The notes under the pieces are model-generated. The model made no database searches. It was given only the letters and a program-made list of their open reading frames with translations, and was not told where the DNA came from. Shown here in pieces: positions 46,738 through 56,388 of a stretch of DNA of 64,000 bases. The translations under genes were made by a program, and so were the position numbers. The DNA is taken from the NCBI GenBank assembly GCA_041662205.1, contig JBAZSZ010000001.1:295978-359977 (forward strand), written 5' to 3'. This DNA is from Minisyncoccota bacterium. Its GTDB lineage: Bacteria > Patescibacteriota > Minisyncoccia > Phycocordibacterales > UBA9973. Position 1 is the stretch's first letter, and each line of letters starts with the position of its first letter.

Positions 46738-47067
46738 TTATTGACTCAAATTCACTGTTCCATTTTCTGGATCTATTTGACTTTCATTTATTCCCAAAGT
46801 ATTTAATACAATACTGAGAATAGTCCAAACTCCCATCATGATAGTGATACCAATAATTCCCCAAATCATATGATTTCTGCCAGCTGTCTTTTTATCTGCT
46901 TCTTCTTGATTGGAAAGAAATTGAAATACACCATAAAGAAAATACACAATAGCTAAAGCAAAGAGGAGCTCAATAAGTGGATTGATAATCATATTATCAA
47001 TCTTGCCGATAAAATCATTCAAGCCAGAACTAGCTCCATAAGCTATCTTTGTAGAAAAAAAATCCAT
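46738..47067 (-). CDS. VirB2/TrbC-like two-TM pilin-like protein, paralog 5
   Basis: two hydrophobic helices separated by charged loop NQEEADKKTAGRNHMIWGIIG. Confidence 0.55.
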   Translation of the reverse strand: MDFFSTKIAYGASSGLNDFIGKIDNMIINPLIELLFALAIVYFLYGVFQFLSNQEEADKKTAGRNHMIWGIIGITIMMGVWTILSIVLNTLGINESQIDPENGTVNLSQ

Positions 47068-47075
47068 ATTTCAAT

Positions 47076-47459
47076 TTATTGTATTGTAGGTAAAACAATA
47101 CTATCAGCATTAGTACCAGTAAGCCCAAAAGTATTAGTCAATATTCTTACGAGTCCCCATAAAGCTACGATAACTGCAAAACCAATAATACCATAAATAA
47201 TTCTGTCTCTACCTTTTGATTTTGCTTCTTCATCATCATTGATAACATAGCTGACGACTCCCCAGACAAAAAATACAACTGCCAAGGCAATCAAAACTGG
47301 AACGACAGCATTAAGGAGCTGACTAATTTTACACATTATTCCTCCTATGTCACTAATCTGTCCTGCATTACAAGGACCAGTACCCACAGTCGCTGCTAAC
47401 GCAGCCACTGGAGCTAAACCCAAAACAAAACCTGACAATGCAATTAATTTCTTTTTCAT
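47076..47459 (-). CDS. VirB2/TrbC-like pilin-like protein, paralog 4 (with signal peptide)
   Basis: signal peptide ..PVAALAA; VVFFVWGVVSYVINDDEEAKSKGRDRIIYGIIGFAVIVALWGLV. Confidence 0.6.
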   Translation of the reverse strand: MKKKLIALSGFVLGLAPVAALAATVGTGPCNAGQISDIGGIMCKISQLLNAVVPVLIALAVVFFVWGVVSYVINDDEEAKSKGRDRIIYGIIGFAVIVALWGLVRILTNTFGLTGTNADSIVLPTIQ

Positions 47460-47572
47460 AATTTTTCTAAAAACACTTTTTAATAATTTTATCCGCCTTT
47501 GGCGGAAAAGCGACCTAATAATAAACTAATAATATCTTTTAATTATAACCTCTCATAAAAATCAAAGCAAAT

Positions 47573-48160
47573 TTATTGAGGGGGGACGACCCTTGGGAGA
47601 ATTGACGTATTTAGATCAAAAGTACTGCCAAGAATTCCGACCAATCCCCAAACAGATAACATCACCGCTAAAGCAACAATCCCCCAGATCATAAATTCCT
47701 TGCCTTGTTCCCTCTTTGCTTCTTCATCAGCATTAATAATAAAAAATTGCACTACACCCCAAATAAACATAATGGTAGCTAATGCAAAAATCAAAGGAAT
47801 AATTGAGTCACTAATAATTTTAGTGATATAACACAAAACGTCTTGAAATTTAGGATTACCAGCTAGACTACAAGAAGTAGAATTTACGGTACTAACTAAA
47901 GGTTCAAGTGTGGGAGCAGTAGTATCAAGATCAAAAGTGTTAACCACAATATTTACCAACCCCCATAAAGCAGTGATAACAGCAAAACCAATAATACCAT
48001 AAATAATTCTGTCTTTACCTTTGGCCTTAGCCTCCTCCTCATCTGCGATGACGTATTGCACCACTCCCCAGACAAAATAAACCACCCCGAGAGCAACTAA
48101 AACCGGTAGGATGGAATCAAGAATATCTTTAAACTGTACTATTAAATCTTGTATGTCCAT
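47573..48160 (-). CDS. Tandem-duplicated (fused double) pilin-like protein, paralog 3
   Basis: two consecutive copies of ..VYFVWGVVQYVIADEEEAKAKGKDRIIYGIIGFAVITALWGLV.. / ..IMFIWGVVQFFIINADEEAKREQGKEFMIWGIVALAVMLSVWGLV.. Confidence 0.6.
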   Translation of the reverse strand: MDIQDLIVQFKDILDSILPVLVALGVVYFVWGVVQYVIADEEEAKAKGKDRIIYGIIGFAVITALWGLVNIVVNTFDLDTTAPTLEPLVSTVNSTSCSLAGNPKFQDVLCYITKIISDSIIPLIFALATIMFIWGVVQFFIINADEEAKREQGKEFMIWGIVALAVMLSVWGLVGILGSTFDLNTSILPRVVPPQ

Positions 48161-48180
48161 AATTTATAATTCGTAATTAA

Positions 48181-48558
48181 TTATAATAATCCTTTCACTG
48201 TCGCTTCTATCATCTTGGCTATAGCAAATGATCCTAATAATATTCCAGCGCCGATCAATGTCCAGACAAGCGCGTCTTTAGCTTTAGTTAATTCTTCTGA
48301 ATTACCTTGAGCTTTTACAAAAAGAAAACCACAGTAAATGATAGCAAGGGCTATGATCGGAATACCGATCATCAGTACACCTTCTAAGATTTTTTGAACA
48401 AGTCCTGAGATTGAAGTTATGCTAGGAATTGGGTTTATAATTTTGCCCTGAGTAGGATCAGTATTGGGACCATCGGCTAAAGAAATAACTGGAACAATAA
48501 ACACATAAACTAGAAAAATAATCTTCTGCCAACTTTTATTAATAAATTTCATCTTCAT
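48181..48558 (-). CDS. Pilin-like protein, paralog 2 (with signal peptide)
   Basis: signal peptide, ...IYCGFLFVKAQGNSEELTKAKDALVWTLIGAGILLG. Confidence 0.5.
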   Translation of the reverse strand: MKMKFINKSWQKIIFLVYVFIVPVISLADGPNTDPTQGKIINPIPSITSISGLVQKILEGVLMIGIPIIALAIIYCGFLFVKAQGNSEELTKAKDALVWTLIGAGILLGSFAIAKMIEATVKGLL

Positions 48559-48564
48559 ATTATA

Positions 48565-48972
48565 CTATGGAAAAGGATTGAAACCAATCCAATCACCCTC
48601 GTAACCCAAGATTGATAAAATCGTTCTAATAATTATAAAAGCAGCCAATGCAATTATCAACCCAAGGACTGTATTAGTAAAAACGGATTTCATCCTATTC
48701 TTTGCTTCCGTTGATCCTCCTGATGTAACCATCAGAAAGCCAGCATAAGCGAACATAATAGCTGAAATAGGAATAACTAAATCAAAAAGAATAAATTTAA
48801 TTACTTTATTTATTAATGCCATAAATGCATTGAAGTCACAAAGGTTCTCAGCTGAATTATCACAAGGAACTAAGCCCAAACCATCTGCACTCGCTAAAGA
48901 AATGACAGGAATAATAAGAATTAAAAATATTAAGAATGAAATTATATTTTTTTTTGTTTTTTGCATAATCAT
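48565..48972 (-). CDS. Pilin-like protein, paralog 1 (with signal peptide)
   Basis: signal peptide ..PVISLASA; ..IMFAYAGFLMVTSGGSTEAKNRMKSVFTNTVLGLIIALAAF. Confidence 0.5.
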   Translation of the reverse strand: MIMQKTKKNIISFLIFLILIIPVISLASADGLGLVPCDNSAENLCDFNAFMALINKVIKFILFDLVIPISAIMFAYAGFLMVTSGGSTEAKNRMKSVFTNTVLGLIIALAAFIIIRTILSILGYEGDWIGFNPFP

Positions 48973-48976
48973 TTGT

Positions 48977-49022
48977 TCCCTAAACCTTGCTTAGGGGAAT
49001 TCCCCTAAGCAAGGTTTAGGGA
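48977..49022. repeat. 46-bp perfect palindrome TCCCTAAACCTTGCTTAGGGGA-AT-TCCCCTAAGCAAGGTTTAGGGA centred on GAATTC, 4 nt upstream of the first pilin-like gene's ATG
   Basis: seen directly; overlaps the AGGGAA SD-like element. Confidence 0.85.
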
Positions 49023-49029
49023 CCTGTAT

Positions 49030-50319
49030 TCATTTAAATAATAAAAGACTCAACTTAGTATTGGCATCTTTGACCGCATCAGCTACTGACATATTATTAG
49101 AAATTACCGCATTTGTCATCTCACTAAAAATAACATCAGTATCTTTTGATGATGGGTCGAGCCAGCTCTTGCCATATAAAGCTGAACTATAAAAAATAGG
49201 AGAATAAGCATCTTGTAATTTGATAGCGAGCAAGTCTCGGCGTGCCGGAGGCACACCTGTAACCGTAGTGAACTTTGAAGCAAAATCCCCTGTCGTCATC
49301 AAGCTCGCCGCGAGAAAAGCGGTGCTGATATTTTTAGAAAAGGAAGAAATAGCAATTCCAGTCACTCGAGCCATCGTCACTTTTGAATTAGCATTTTTAA
49401 TTTGAGGAATAGGAGCGACAAAGAAATTTTGATTGGGATTTCTTTTTACCATAGATTGGAGCTCAGAAGCATATCCGAAATAAAAAGCTAAATCCTCTTT
49501 AGAAAAAGCATCGTTCGAATTTGGAAATGACCTATTCCAAGAATATAAAGGATTATTGGGATTCGCAAAATCTGTGTAGAATTTTAACATTGAAGGAAGG
49601 TTGAAATTTCCAATGGATGAGTCTAAAGTCGAAATCAAAGATCCATCTTTTTCTTTTACGATCGGATTGCCTGCCTGCATGAAAAGAGTGGCTAGAATAT
49701 CTTTAAAATGAACTATATTTGAAGAATATCCAAACGCAATGGCGCTTTTAGTTATTTTATTTGAATCATCTTTTTTAGTAAGAGTAGATGTTATGTTTGT
49801 CATCTCATCCCAATAAGCTGGAGGAAAGACAACGCCATTTGCATCAAGCATACTCCTATTGTAATACATCATAAGTGGATCAATAGAGATCGGAAAAGCT
49901 AAAATGCCACCAGAAGTAAGAAACACCTCCCCTGCGCCGGCGAAATTATTCTTGAAAGAAGTGAGGGAATAATTCTCATATGGAATAGCAAAAATTTTAT
50001 TGGCGTAATGAAAAACTAAATCGTCAGACAAGAAGAACATATCCGGTCCTGTGCCCGAAGCAGCCGCTTCGAGTAAATCTTGATCAAAAGTATCAATAGA
50101 TTTTTGGACATAAGAGACGGTAAAAGTAGGATTAGCATTGTTAAAATCCATCATAATATTAGACATCGTGGTATTTGGTACTGTTCCCCATAGAACTACT
50201 TTACCCAAACTCCCTGTGCCAGTCTTCCCGACTGGAATCGCTCCAGAAAAAACCAAAACACCTAAAATAGCCGCAGCAATAAATATAACTAAAATGATTA
50301 CTTGAAAATTTCCTTTCAT
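49030..50319 (-). CDS. Membrane-anchored extracellular solute-binding-protein-like (SBP family 1-like) protein, orphan
   Basis: N-terminal TM, 429 aa, overall SBP_bac_1-like composition and C-terminal pattern; no ABC permease adjacent. Confidence 0.45.
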   Translation of the reverse strand: MKGNFQVIILVIFIAAAILGVLVFSGAIPVGKTGTGSLGKVVLWGTVPNTTMSNIMMDFNNANPTFTVSYVQKSIDTFDQDLLEAAASGTGPDMFFLSDDLVFHYANKIFAIPYENYSLTSFKNNFAGAGEVFLTSGGILAFPISIDPLMMYYNRSMLDANGVVFPPAYWDEMTNITSTLTKKDDSNKITKSAIAFGYSSNIVHFKDILATLFMQAGNPIVKEKDGSLISTLDSSIGNFNLPSMLKFYTDFANPNNPLYSWNRSFPNSNDAFSKEDLAFYFGYASELQSMVKRNPNQNFFVAPIPQIKNANSKVTMARVTGIAISSFSKNISTAFLAASLMTTGDFASKFTTVTGVPPARRDLLAIKLQDAYSPIFYSSALYGKSWLDPSSKDTDVIFSEMTNAVISNNMSVADAVKDANTKLSLLLFK

Positions 50320-50354
50320 GAATTATTTTGGATTTTGCTTGATAACTTTTTGTA

Positions 50355-50870
50355 TTATGACTTAGTTAATATCATACCATAATGATGATCTCCTACATCA
50401 ATTTCTCTTTCCTCAATAAAACCTTTTTTCTTAAACATTTCTAAAGCTTTATCTTTAGGGACTATAATATTTTCACTCATGACTGATGATAGAGACCAAT
50501 CAATCAACAAAACCCTCCCTTTTATTTTCAATATTCTTTTTATCTCTTCAATAAAATTTTCTTTATTTTCTACTTGAAAAAGTATATTTGAAACAATAAC
50601 TGCATCTGCTATACCATCTCCCATCTTCGTTCCCTTGAGTTTCTCTACATCCCCTAAAATAACTTCAACATTGTTTAAATGAGCTTCGAGTATTTTTCTT
50701 TTAATAGTATCTAAAAAATCTTTTTGTAATTCAATTGCATAAACTTTTCCTTTTGGCACAAGTGATCCCAAGGCGACAGAGTAATAACCAGTCCCCGCTC
50801 CTAAATCCGCTACAATATTATCTTCTCTTAATCCAAAGGCTTTTAAATTTTTTACTGGATCAGTGAACAT
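50355..50870 (-). CDS. Class I SAM-dependent methyltransferase
   Basis: motif I VADLGAGTGYYSVAL; 171 aa. Confidence 0.75.
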   Translation of the reverse strand: MFTDPVKNLKAFGLREDNIVADLGAGTGYYSVALGSLVPKGKVYAIELQKDFLDTIKRKILEAHLNNVEVILGDVEKLKGTKMGDGIADAVIVSNILFQVENKENFIEEIKRILKIKGRVLLIDWSLSSVMSENIIVPKDKALEMFKKKGFIEEREIDVGDHHYGMILTKS

Positions 50871-50877
50871 AATTTAA

Positions 50878-53352
50878 TTATATACAAGCGAGAGACGCAA
50901 TGCCATCACCTGAGCGTAAGCGCATTATCGTCACCCCTTGGGTCTGACGACCTAGAGAAGAAATATCTTTTAGAGCTGTACGAATAACTTGTCCTTTCTT
51001 GGACATGGCAATCAATTCTATTTCTTCTCCCATTAAAACTTTTGCCACGATAAGTTTGCCAGTTTTAGGAGTCACTTTGGCTGTTTTTACCCCTGAACCA
51101 CCACGCTTTTGAACCTTATATTCTTTTAAATTTGTTTTCTTACCAAAACCATTCGCACTCATCGTCAAGAATGCACCTACCCCGTCACCTTTTTTTTGAC
51201 TATTTTTTATGACGTCAACTCCGATAACTTCATCAGCCTTACTAAGCCTGATACCGCTCACTCCTCCAGCTGTTCTGCCCATTTCACGGACATCAGACTC
51301 TTTAAATCTAATTGATTGCCCATTTGTTGTAGCAATCATGACCTCATCACCCTTTTCTGTTTGCAAGGCGGCAACAAGCTGATCATCCTTATCTAAGCGA
51401 ATAGCTATAATACCGCTCCTACGTACATCTTTGAAACTTTCAGAAGACATTTTTTTGGCTGTGCCATTTTTTGTAACCAACATAAGCGAAGAAGAAGTTT
51501 TAGTTAAATCTTTTGGCATTGCTAAAATAGAAGTTACTTTTTCTTCAGGAGAAAGCGCTAAAAAGTTCATAATTGATTTACCACGAGTCGCCCTCCTGCC
51601 TTCTGGAATATCATACATTTTCATTTGATAAACTTTACCTAGATTTGTAAAGAAAAGTAAATTGCTATGAGTAGAACCTGAAACAAGCATCGTAACAAAA
51701 TCTTCTTCTTTGGTTTCCAGATCCACCACTCCCACTCCTCCTCTTTTTTGCGCGCGATATTCAGACGGGTCGGTGCATTTCACATAACCGCCTGAAGTAA
51801 GTACAAGCATGGTCTCTTTTTCTGGAATCAAATCTTCATCAGAAATTTCTTTCACTCCACCTTTGACTATTCTAGTTCGGCGTTCATCTGCATATTTTTC
51901 ACGGATTTCTTTCAATTCATCAGCAATCACTTTTAATATTTTTTTTGCGCTAGAAAGTAAATCTTTCATTGACTCAATAAATTTTTGTTTTTCTGCAAGT
52001 TCGTCTTCCACAGCTTTTCTTTCCAGCCCAGCTAATTTGGCTAATTTCATTTCCAAAATAGCAGTCGCCTGTAAATCTGAAAATTTAAATTCTTTTATTA
52101 AATTTAATTTAGCAATTTGAGAATTCTTGGATCCGCGGATTAGAGTAATGACACGGTCTATCTTGTCTAAAGCTTTTTTTAATCCAAGTAAAATATGCTC
52201 ACGTTCTTGTGCTTTTTTCAAATCAAAGGCGGTCCTCCTTTTCACAATTTCTTTTCGATGCTCGATAAATAAGGCCAAGATGGATTTGAGTGAAAGTGTC
52301 TGTGGTACTCCATCTACCAAAGCAACCATATTAAAATTAAAATTTGATTCAAGCTGAGTATTTTTATAAATATAATTCAAAACTTTTTCAGGATGTGCAC
52401 TTCCTTTTAGGTCAATAACAATTCTGATATCTTTTGTAGATTCATCACGAAGTCCCTTGATACCTTCAAGTTTTTTTTCTTGAACTAATTCCGCAATACT
52501 AATTATCAAATTAGCTTTATTTACTCTAAAAGGAATTGAGGTAATAATAATAGAAAAATTACCATCTTTTTGTTCTACTATCTCTGCTTCACCTCGACAC
52601 ACTACTCCGCCCCGTCCTGATCCATATGCGTGGAGCATGTCCTTGTATCCATAAGCAATTCCGCCAGTTGGAAAATCTGGACCTTTCACAAATTGCATTA
52701 AATCTTCTGTCGTGGCCTCGTCGTTTTCAATTAAATAATTTGTAGCATCTAAGATTTCTGCCAAGTTGTGTGATGGAATATTTGTCGCCATACCAACAGC
52801 GATACCGAGCGTACCATTTAAAAGCAAAGCTGGAACAGCCGACGGTAAAACAATTGGTTCTTTGCGTGTTTGATCATAATTTGGACGAAAATCAACAGTT
52901 TCTTTTTCTAAATCTCTTAATAATTCATTGGAAATCTTTGTCATCTTCGCTTCCGTATAACGCATCGCAGCTGCGTTGTCTCCATCGATCGAACCAAAAT
53001 TTCCTTGTCCCCAAATCAAAGGGTAACGATAAGAAAATTCCTGTGCCATTCCAACCATCGTATCGTAAACAGCGGTATCTCCATGTGGATGATATTTTCC
53101 GAGCACATCTCCCACAATCGCTGCTGATTTACGAAAACGCGCCGAAGAAGTAAGTCCCATTTCATTCATCCCAAATAAAATTCTACGATGCACAGGTTTT
53201 AAACCATCCCGTACATCCGGCAAGGCTCGAGAAGTAATAACCGTCATAGCATAAGCTATATAAGATTCTTTCATTTCTACCACGATATCAACTGGCAGAA
53301 TTGTATCTGTCTTTATTTCTCTATTTGATTCAGGTGTATATTTTTTTGCCAT
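50878..53352 (-). CDS. gyrA: DNA gyrase subunit A
   Basis: [30 protein letters not shown]-terminal beta-pinwheel repeats, 824 aa. Confidence 0.95.
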   Translation of the reverse strand: MAKKYTPESNREIKTDTILPVDIVVEMKESYIAYAMTVITSRALPDVRDGLKPVHRRILFGMNEMGLTSSARFRKSAAIVGDVLGKYHPHGDTAVYDTMVGMAQEFSYRYPLIWGQGNFGSIDGDNAAAMRYTEAKMTKISNELLRDLEKETVDFRPNYDQTRKEPIVLPSAVPALLLNGTLGIAVGMATNIPSHNLAEILDATNYLIENDEATTEDLMQFVKGPDFPTGGIAYGYKDMLHAYGSGRGGVVCRGEAEIVEQKDGNFSIIITSIPFRVNKANLIISIAELVQEKKLEGIKGLRDESTKDIRIVIDLKGSAHPEKVLNYIYKNTQLESNFNFNMVALVDGVPQTLSLKSILALFIEHRKEIVKRRTAFDLKKAQEREHILLGLKKALDKIDRVITLIRGSKNSQIAKLNLIKEFKFSDLQATAILEMKLAKLAGLERKAVEDELAEKQKFIESMKDLLSSAKKILKVIADELKEIREKYADERRTRIVKGGVKEISDEDLIPEKETMLVLTSGGYVKCTDPSEYRAQKRGGVGVVDLETKEEDFVTMLVSGSTHSNLLFFTNLGKVYQMKMYDIPEGRRATRGKSIMNFLALSPEEKVTSILAMPKDLTKTSSSLMLVTKNGTAKKMSSESFKDVRRSGIIAIRLDKDDQLVAALQTEKGDEVMIATTNGQSIRFKESDVREMGRTAGGVSGIRLSKADEVIGVDVIKNSQKKGDGVGAFLTMSANGFGKKTNLKEYKVQKRGGSGVKTAKVTPKTGKLIVAKVLMGEEIELIAMSKKGQVIRTALKDISSLGRQTQGVTIMRLRSGDGIASLACI

Positions 53353-53355
53353 CTA

Positions 53356-53562
53356 CTATTGTATTATATTATCTTTTAATATAGAAAAAGGTTTTATATC
53401 TTGGATCATTTTTACTTGAGTATCTGTATTGGTCAAAGTTGTGCCAAGTGAATAAATCCAAAATAAAAATAAAATGACTGCACAGATGATGATAGTAACA
53501 TTTAAAATGTGTCGCTTGACGTGTTCAGGTTGTTTTCTAATGTGATGAATTATTTTTTTCAT
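53356..53562 (-). CDS. Small membrane protein (68 aa) upstream of gyrA
   Basis: single TM ILNVTIIICAVILFLFWIY; stop 4 nt before gyrA start. Confidence 0.35.
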   Translation of the reverse strand: MKKIIHHIRKQPEHVKRHILNVTIIICAVILFLFWIYSLGTTLTNTDTQVKMIQDIKPFSILKDNIIQ

Positions 53563-53614
53563 TTGATTTTACGAGATCATGTCGTGGTATCGTCCATTAA
53601 AGCGCGACACTCTA

Positions 53615-54262
53615 TTATGTAGTTTTTAATATAATTACTTCTCCTTCTTTATTATCTAAATCTTTTCTCTTAAGGGTCAACTTATCCACCGCCTCTGCTT
53701 TCTCTTCTCCTATTTCTTTTAAAAATAATTTCAAGGTGTTTTCATCAAAATCCATTGGAATTATTAATTTTGGTTCAAGAGAAGAAGCTAATTTAGCCGC
53801 CATTTTTGCATCTAAAAAGCCTGTCTCTTTTCCTTTGCCACCTACTGGGATAAAAAGAATATCTGGATTATTTAATGCTTCACGTGATTCTTTGGATAAT
53901 TCTCCTTCAGACAACGCCCCTAAAAATAAAATATCAATATTATCAACCGATAAAGAATAAATAGTATTAATATATTTTTTTTCAGAAATCAATGAATGCG
54001 ACAAAAGTCCTTTAATAAAAATTTCTTTTATTTCGTAATCCCCCGGTCCATTAATGACAAAAGGTGCTCGTTCTCCATGGCTCAACTGTTCAACACCATT
54101 GTAATCAGGATGGTTGGTAGTTATTAAAGCAATATCTGCACCAAAGTGTGCAGATATGCCAGTTTTTGAAGTTTTACTAGCGGGATTAAAAGCTAGAACC
54201 ATCTCTCCTTGTTGTATTTTAAAAAATTGTTTTCCGAAATATGTGATTATCATTGTTTGCAT
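53615..54262 (-). CDS. MBL-fold metallo-hydrolase-like protein (degenerate metal motif)
   Basis: MIITYFGKQFFKIQ..LAFNP...ADIALITTNHPDY.. pattern of Lactamase_B_3/UPF0173 family. Confidence 0.45.
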   Translation of the reverse strand: MQTMIITYFGKQFFKIQQGEMVLAFNPASKTSKTGISAHFGADIALITTNHPDYNGVEQLSHGERAPFVINGPGDYEIKEIFIKGLLSHSLISEKKYINTIYSLSVDNIDILFLGALSEGELSKESREALNNPDILFIPVGGKGKETGFLDAKMAAKLASSLEPKLIIPMDFDENTLKLFLKEIGEEKAEAVDKLTLKRKDLDNKEGEVIILKTT

Positions 54263-54378
54263 TCTAACATATTTTTTGTTAGAGTAAAAGTATTAGAAGC
54301 AGTTTTAGGGTAACCCTATTGAAGTGCTTGCCCCGCCACTTGGCGAGGCGAACAACCTCTTTAGAACCTAAACCTTAT

Positions 54379-54400
54379 ATCCGCTTCATGCGGATTTTTT
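54379..54400 (+). terminator. Intrinsic terminator ATCCGC-TTCAT-GCGGAT-T6 ending 6 nt before S1 start codon
   Basis: seen directly. Confidence 0.65.
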
Positions 54401-54406
54401 AATTAT

Positions 54407-55483
54407 ATGGATAACGAAGAAATAAAAGAAAATTTAGTATTAAACTCAGTCGTAGACAGAAGCGCAAATAAGCCAGAAATTGATTCTCTGGTAGAAGGTC
54501 CAGTAATTTTAATAGAAAAATCTTCCGTGTACTTAGACTTGGCACCCTTTGGTGTAGGTATTATTTATGGCCGAGAATTTATCAATGCAAAAGATGTCAT
54601 AAATAAGATTAACTTAGGTGACATCATCAAAGCAAAAATCGTTGAAACAGAAAACGAAAACGGCTATATAGAACTCTCCCTAAAAGAAGCTAGACAAGCT
54701 CTCGCTTGGAGTGAGGCTGAAAAAGCAATCAAAGCAAAAACAATTTTAAACTTAGAAGTAAAAGATGCAAATAAAGGAGGCCTCATCTTGGAATGGCAAG
54801 GTATCCAAGGGTTTCTCCCTGCTTCACAACTCAAAACAGATCATTATCCTCGAGTATTAGATTCAGATAAAGACAAGATCTTAAAGGAGCTAAAAAAACT
54901 TATTGGGGAACATATTTCTGTAATGATTATCTCTACCCTTCCTAAAGAAGGAAAATTGATCTTTTCTGAGAAAGACAATAATCCAGAAGAGAAAAAAGAA
55001 ATCCTAAATAAATATAATGTTGGTGACAATTTAGATTGTACTGTTGCGGGAATAGTTGATTTTGGAATATTCTTGAAATTAGAAGATGGACTAGAAGGAC
55101 TTGTTCATATCTCTGAACTAGATTGGGGGCTCGTAGAAGACCCAAGAAATATTTTTAAAGTTGGAGATAAAGTAAAAGCCAAAGTTATTGAAATAAAAGA
55201 CGGCAAAATATCTCTTTCAGTCAAAGCTCTGAAAGAAAATCCCTGGAAAGAATTTGAAGGCAAATTGAAAAAGGGAGATATCATTAAAGGGGTAGTCATT
55301 AAATACAATAAACACGGCGCGCTTGTATCCATCAAAGAAGGTGTCGCTGGATTGGTACACAACTCTACCTTTGCTTCTGAAGCAAAACTTCGAGAGAAAT
55401 TAGAGCTTGGAAAAAATTATAATTTCCAGATCACTCTATTTGAACCCAAAGATCAAAAAATGACATTGATCCATTTAGAATAA
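54407..55483 (+). CDS. rpsA: Ribosomal protein S1-like (four S1/OB RNA-binding repeats)
   Basis: four repeats of G..v.G.V..i..fG.FV.l..g..GL.H.S pattern, 358 aa. Confidence 0.7.
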   Translation: MDNEEIKENLVLNSVVDRSANKPEIDSLVEGPVILIEKSSVYLDLAPFGVGIIYGREFINAKDVINKINLGDIIKAKIVETENENGYIELSLKEARQALAWSEAEKAIKAKTILNLEVKDANKGGLILEWQGIQGFLPASQLKTDHYPRVLDSDKDKILKELKKLIGEHISVMIISTLPKEGKLIFSEKDNNPEEKKEILNKYNVGDNLDCTVAGIVDFGIFLKLEDGLEGLVHISELDWGLVEDPRNIFKVGDKVKAKVIEIKDGKISLSVKALKENPWKEFEGKLKKGDIIKGVVIKYNKHGALVSIKEGVAGLVHNSTFASEAKLREKLELGKNYNFQITLFEPKDQKMTLIHLE

Positions 55484-55506
55484 AAAATTAACTTAAAAAT
55501 AAAAAA

Positions 55507-55528
55507 ATCTCTCAATTAATTGAGAGAT
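55507..55528. terminator. Bidirectional terminator, perfect palindrome ATCTCTCAATT-AATTGAGAGAT with flanking A/T runs
   Basis: seen directly between convergent S1 and glucosaminidase-like genes. Confidence 0.7.
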
Positions 55529-55538
55529 TTTTTTATTT

Positions 55539-56132
55539 TTAAGTAGTTAAATTAGGAGTCACTATTAAATCCGCGTCTCCAATATCATCCATAATAGCTA
55601 TTACTTGCTCGGCATATTTCAACACGATAGAAGGTGGATTGTAAGCATGGAGAATTCCCTTAGTATTTTTATCATCATAATGTTTAGCGGTTCTTGGATT
55701 ATTCCCCCCCAAATTTCTAGCCACAGTTTCAATAGCACTATCAACTGATTTAAATCCGATCTTACAAGAACCCCAACCAAAAGGGTTATTTTTTACTTTT
55801 TTACAAGCAAACTTACCACCAGTAGACTCTCGTACTGCAATAGACGGCAACAGACGCCAATCGAGGTCGTTCTTTTCCGCTTCCTCTACCATTTTCATAC
55901 CAGTTCCTTTAAGGGGCATATCATGTTCAGCAAAATATGCATCGATAGCATTAGCCTTTAATTTTAAGGCCTGCTCAATTTGTTGATCTTTTGCTGGAGC
56001 GGTAATTGCAACTTGTGGTTGATTTACCACGTTAAAACCATTATTCGGAATAGTTCCGAAAGGTGTCATCATTGTCATTATTGGTAAAATAACAAACGAC
56101 TCCACAAACCTTATTGTTTTTGTTTTTTTCAT
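55539..56132 (-). CDS. Glucosaminidase/FlgJ-like peptidoglycan hydrolase domain protein (secreted)
   Basis: signal/TM N-terminus; LLPSIAVRESTGGKF...NNPFGWG resembles PF01832 glucosaminidase core. Confidence 0.5.
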   Translation of the reverse strand: MKKTKTIRFVESFVILPIMTMMTPFGTIPNNGFNVVNQPQVAITAPAKDQQIEQALKLKANAIDAYFAEHDMPLKGTGMKMVEEAEKNDLDWRLLPSIAVRESTGGKFACKKVKNNPFGWGSCKIGFKSVDSAIETVARNLGGNNPRTAKHYDDKNTKGILHAYNPPSIVLKYAEQVIAIMDDIGDADLIVTPNLTT

Positions 56133-56173
56133 AATAAGCGGTTGTGCTCCGCCAAACCAAAGGCTGTGAAAAC

Positions 56174-56214
56174 TAAAAAACCCTTACATAATAAGCTTTC
56201 GCCTATACTGTAAG
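56174..56214 (-). terminator. Leader-embedded intrinsic terminator (CCTTACA..20 nt..TGTAAGG + U6) 42 nt upstream of glucosaminidase-like start
   Basis: 7-bp stem plus U-run on minus strand. Confidence 0.5.
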
Positions 56215-56255
56215 GATATACTCACATAATAGCCTATTTAGAGCTGAAAGTCAAC

Positions 56256-56284
56256 ATTTATACAATGATTTTAAAAGATGTCAA
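56256..56284 (-). promoter_or_regulatory. Sigma-70-like promoter on minus strand TTGACA-N17-TATAAA(T)
   Basis: consensus -35, 17-nt spacer, seen directly. Confidence 0.5.
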
Positions 56285-56388
56285 ATCAAGCATATAGTTT
56301 TTTTGCCTTGTAAAATAAGGATATTTAAAGACACGCCTATTGACAAAATTATATAAAAATAGAACAATAAAAGACTTGTGTACAACTT

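Noticed and set aside
46738-48972. Pilin-like genes as type IV (prepilin peptidase-dependent) pilins
   Set aside because: No G/FTLIE-type class III leader. Architecture is two hydrophobic helices with a charged loop, as in VirB2/TrbC-type T4SS pilins.
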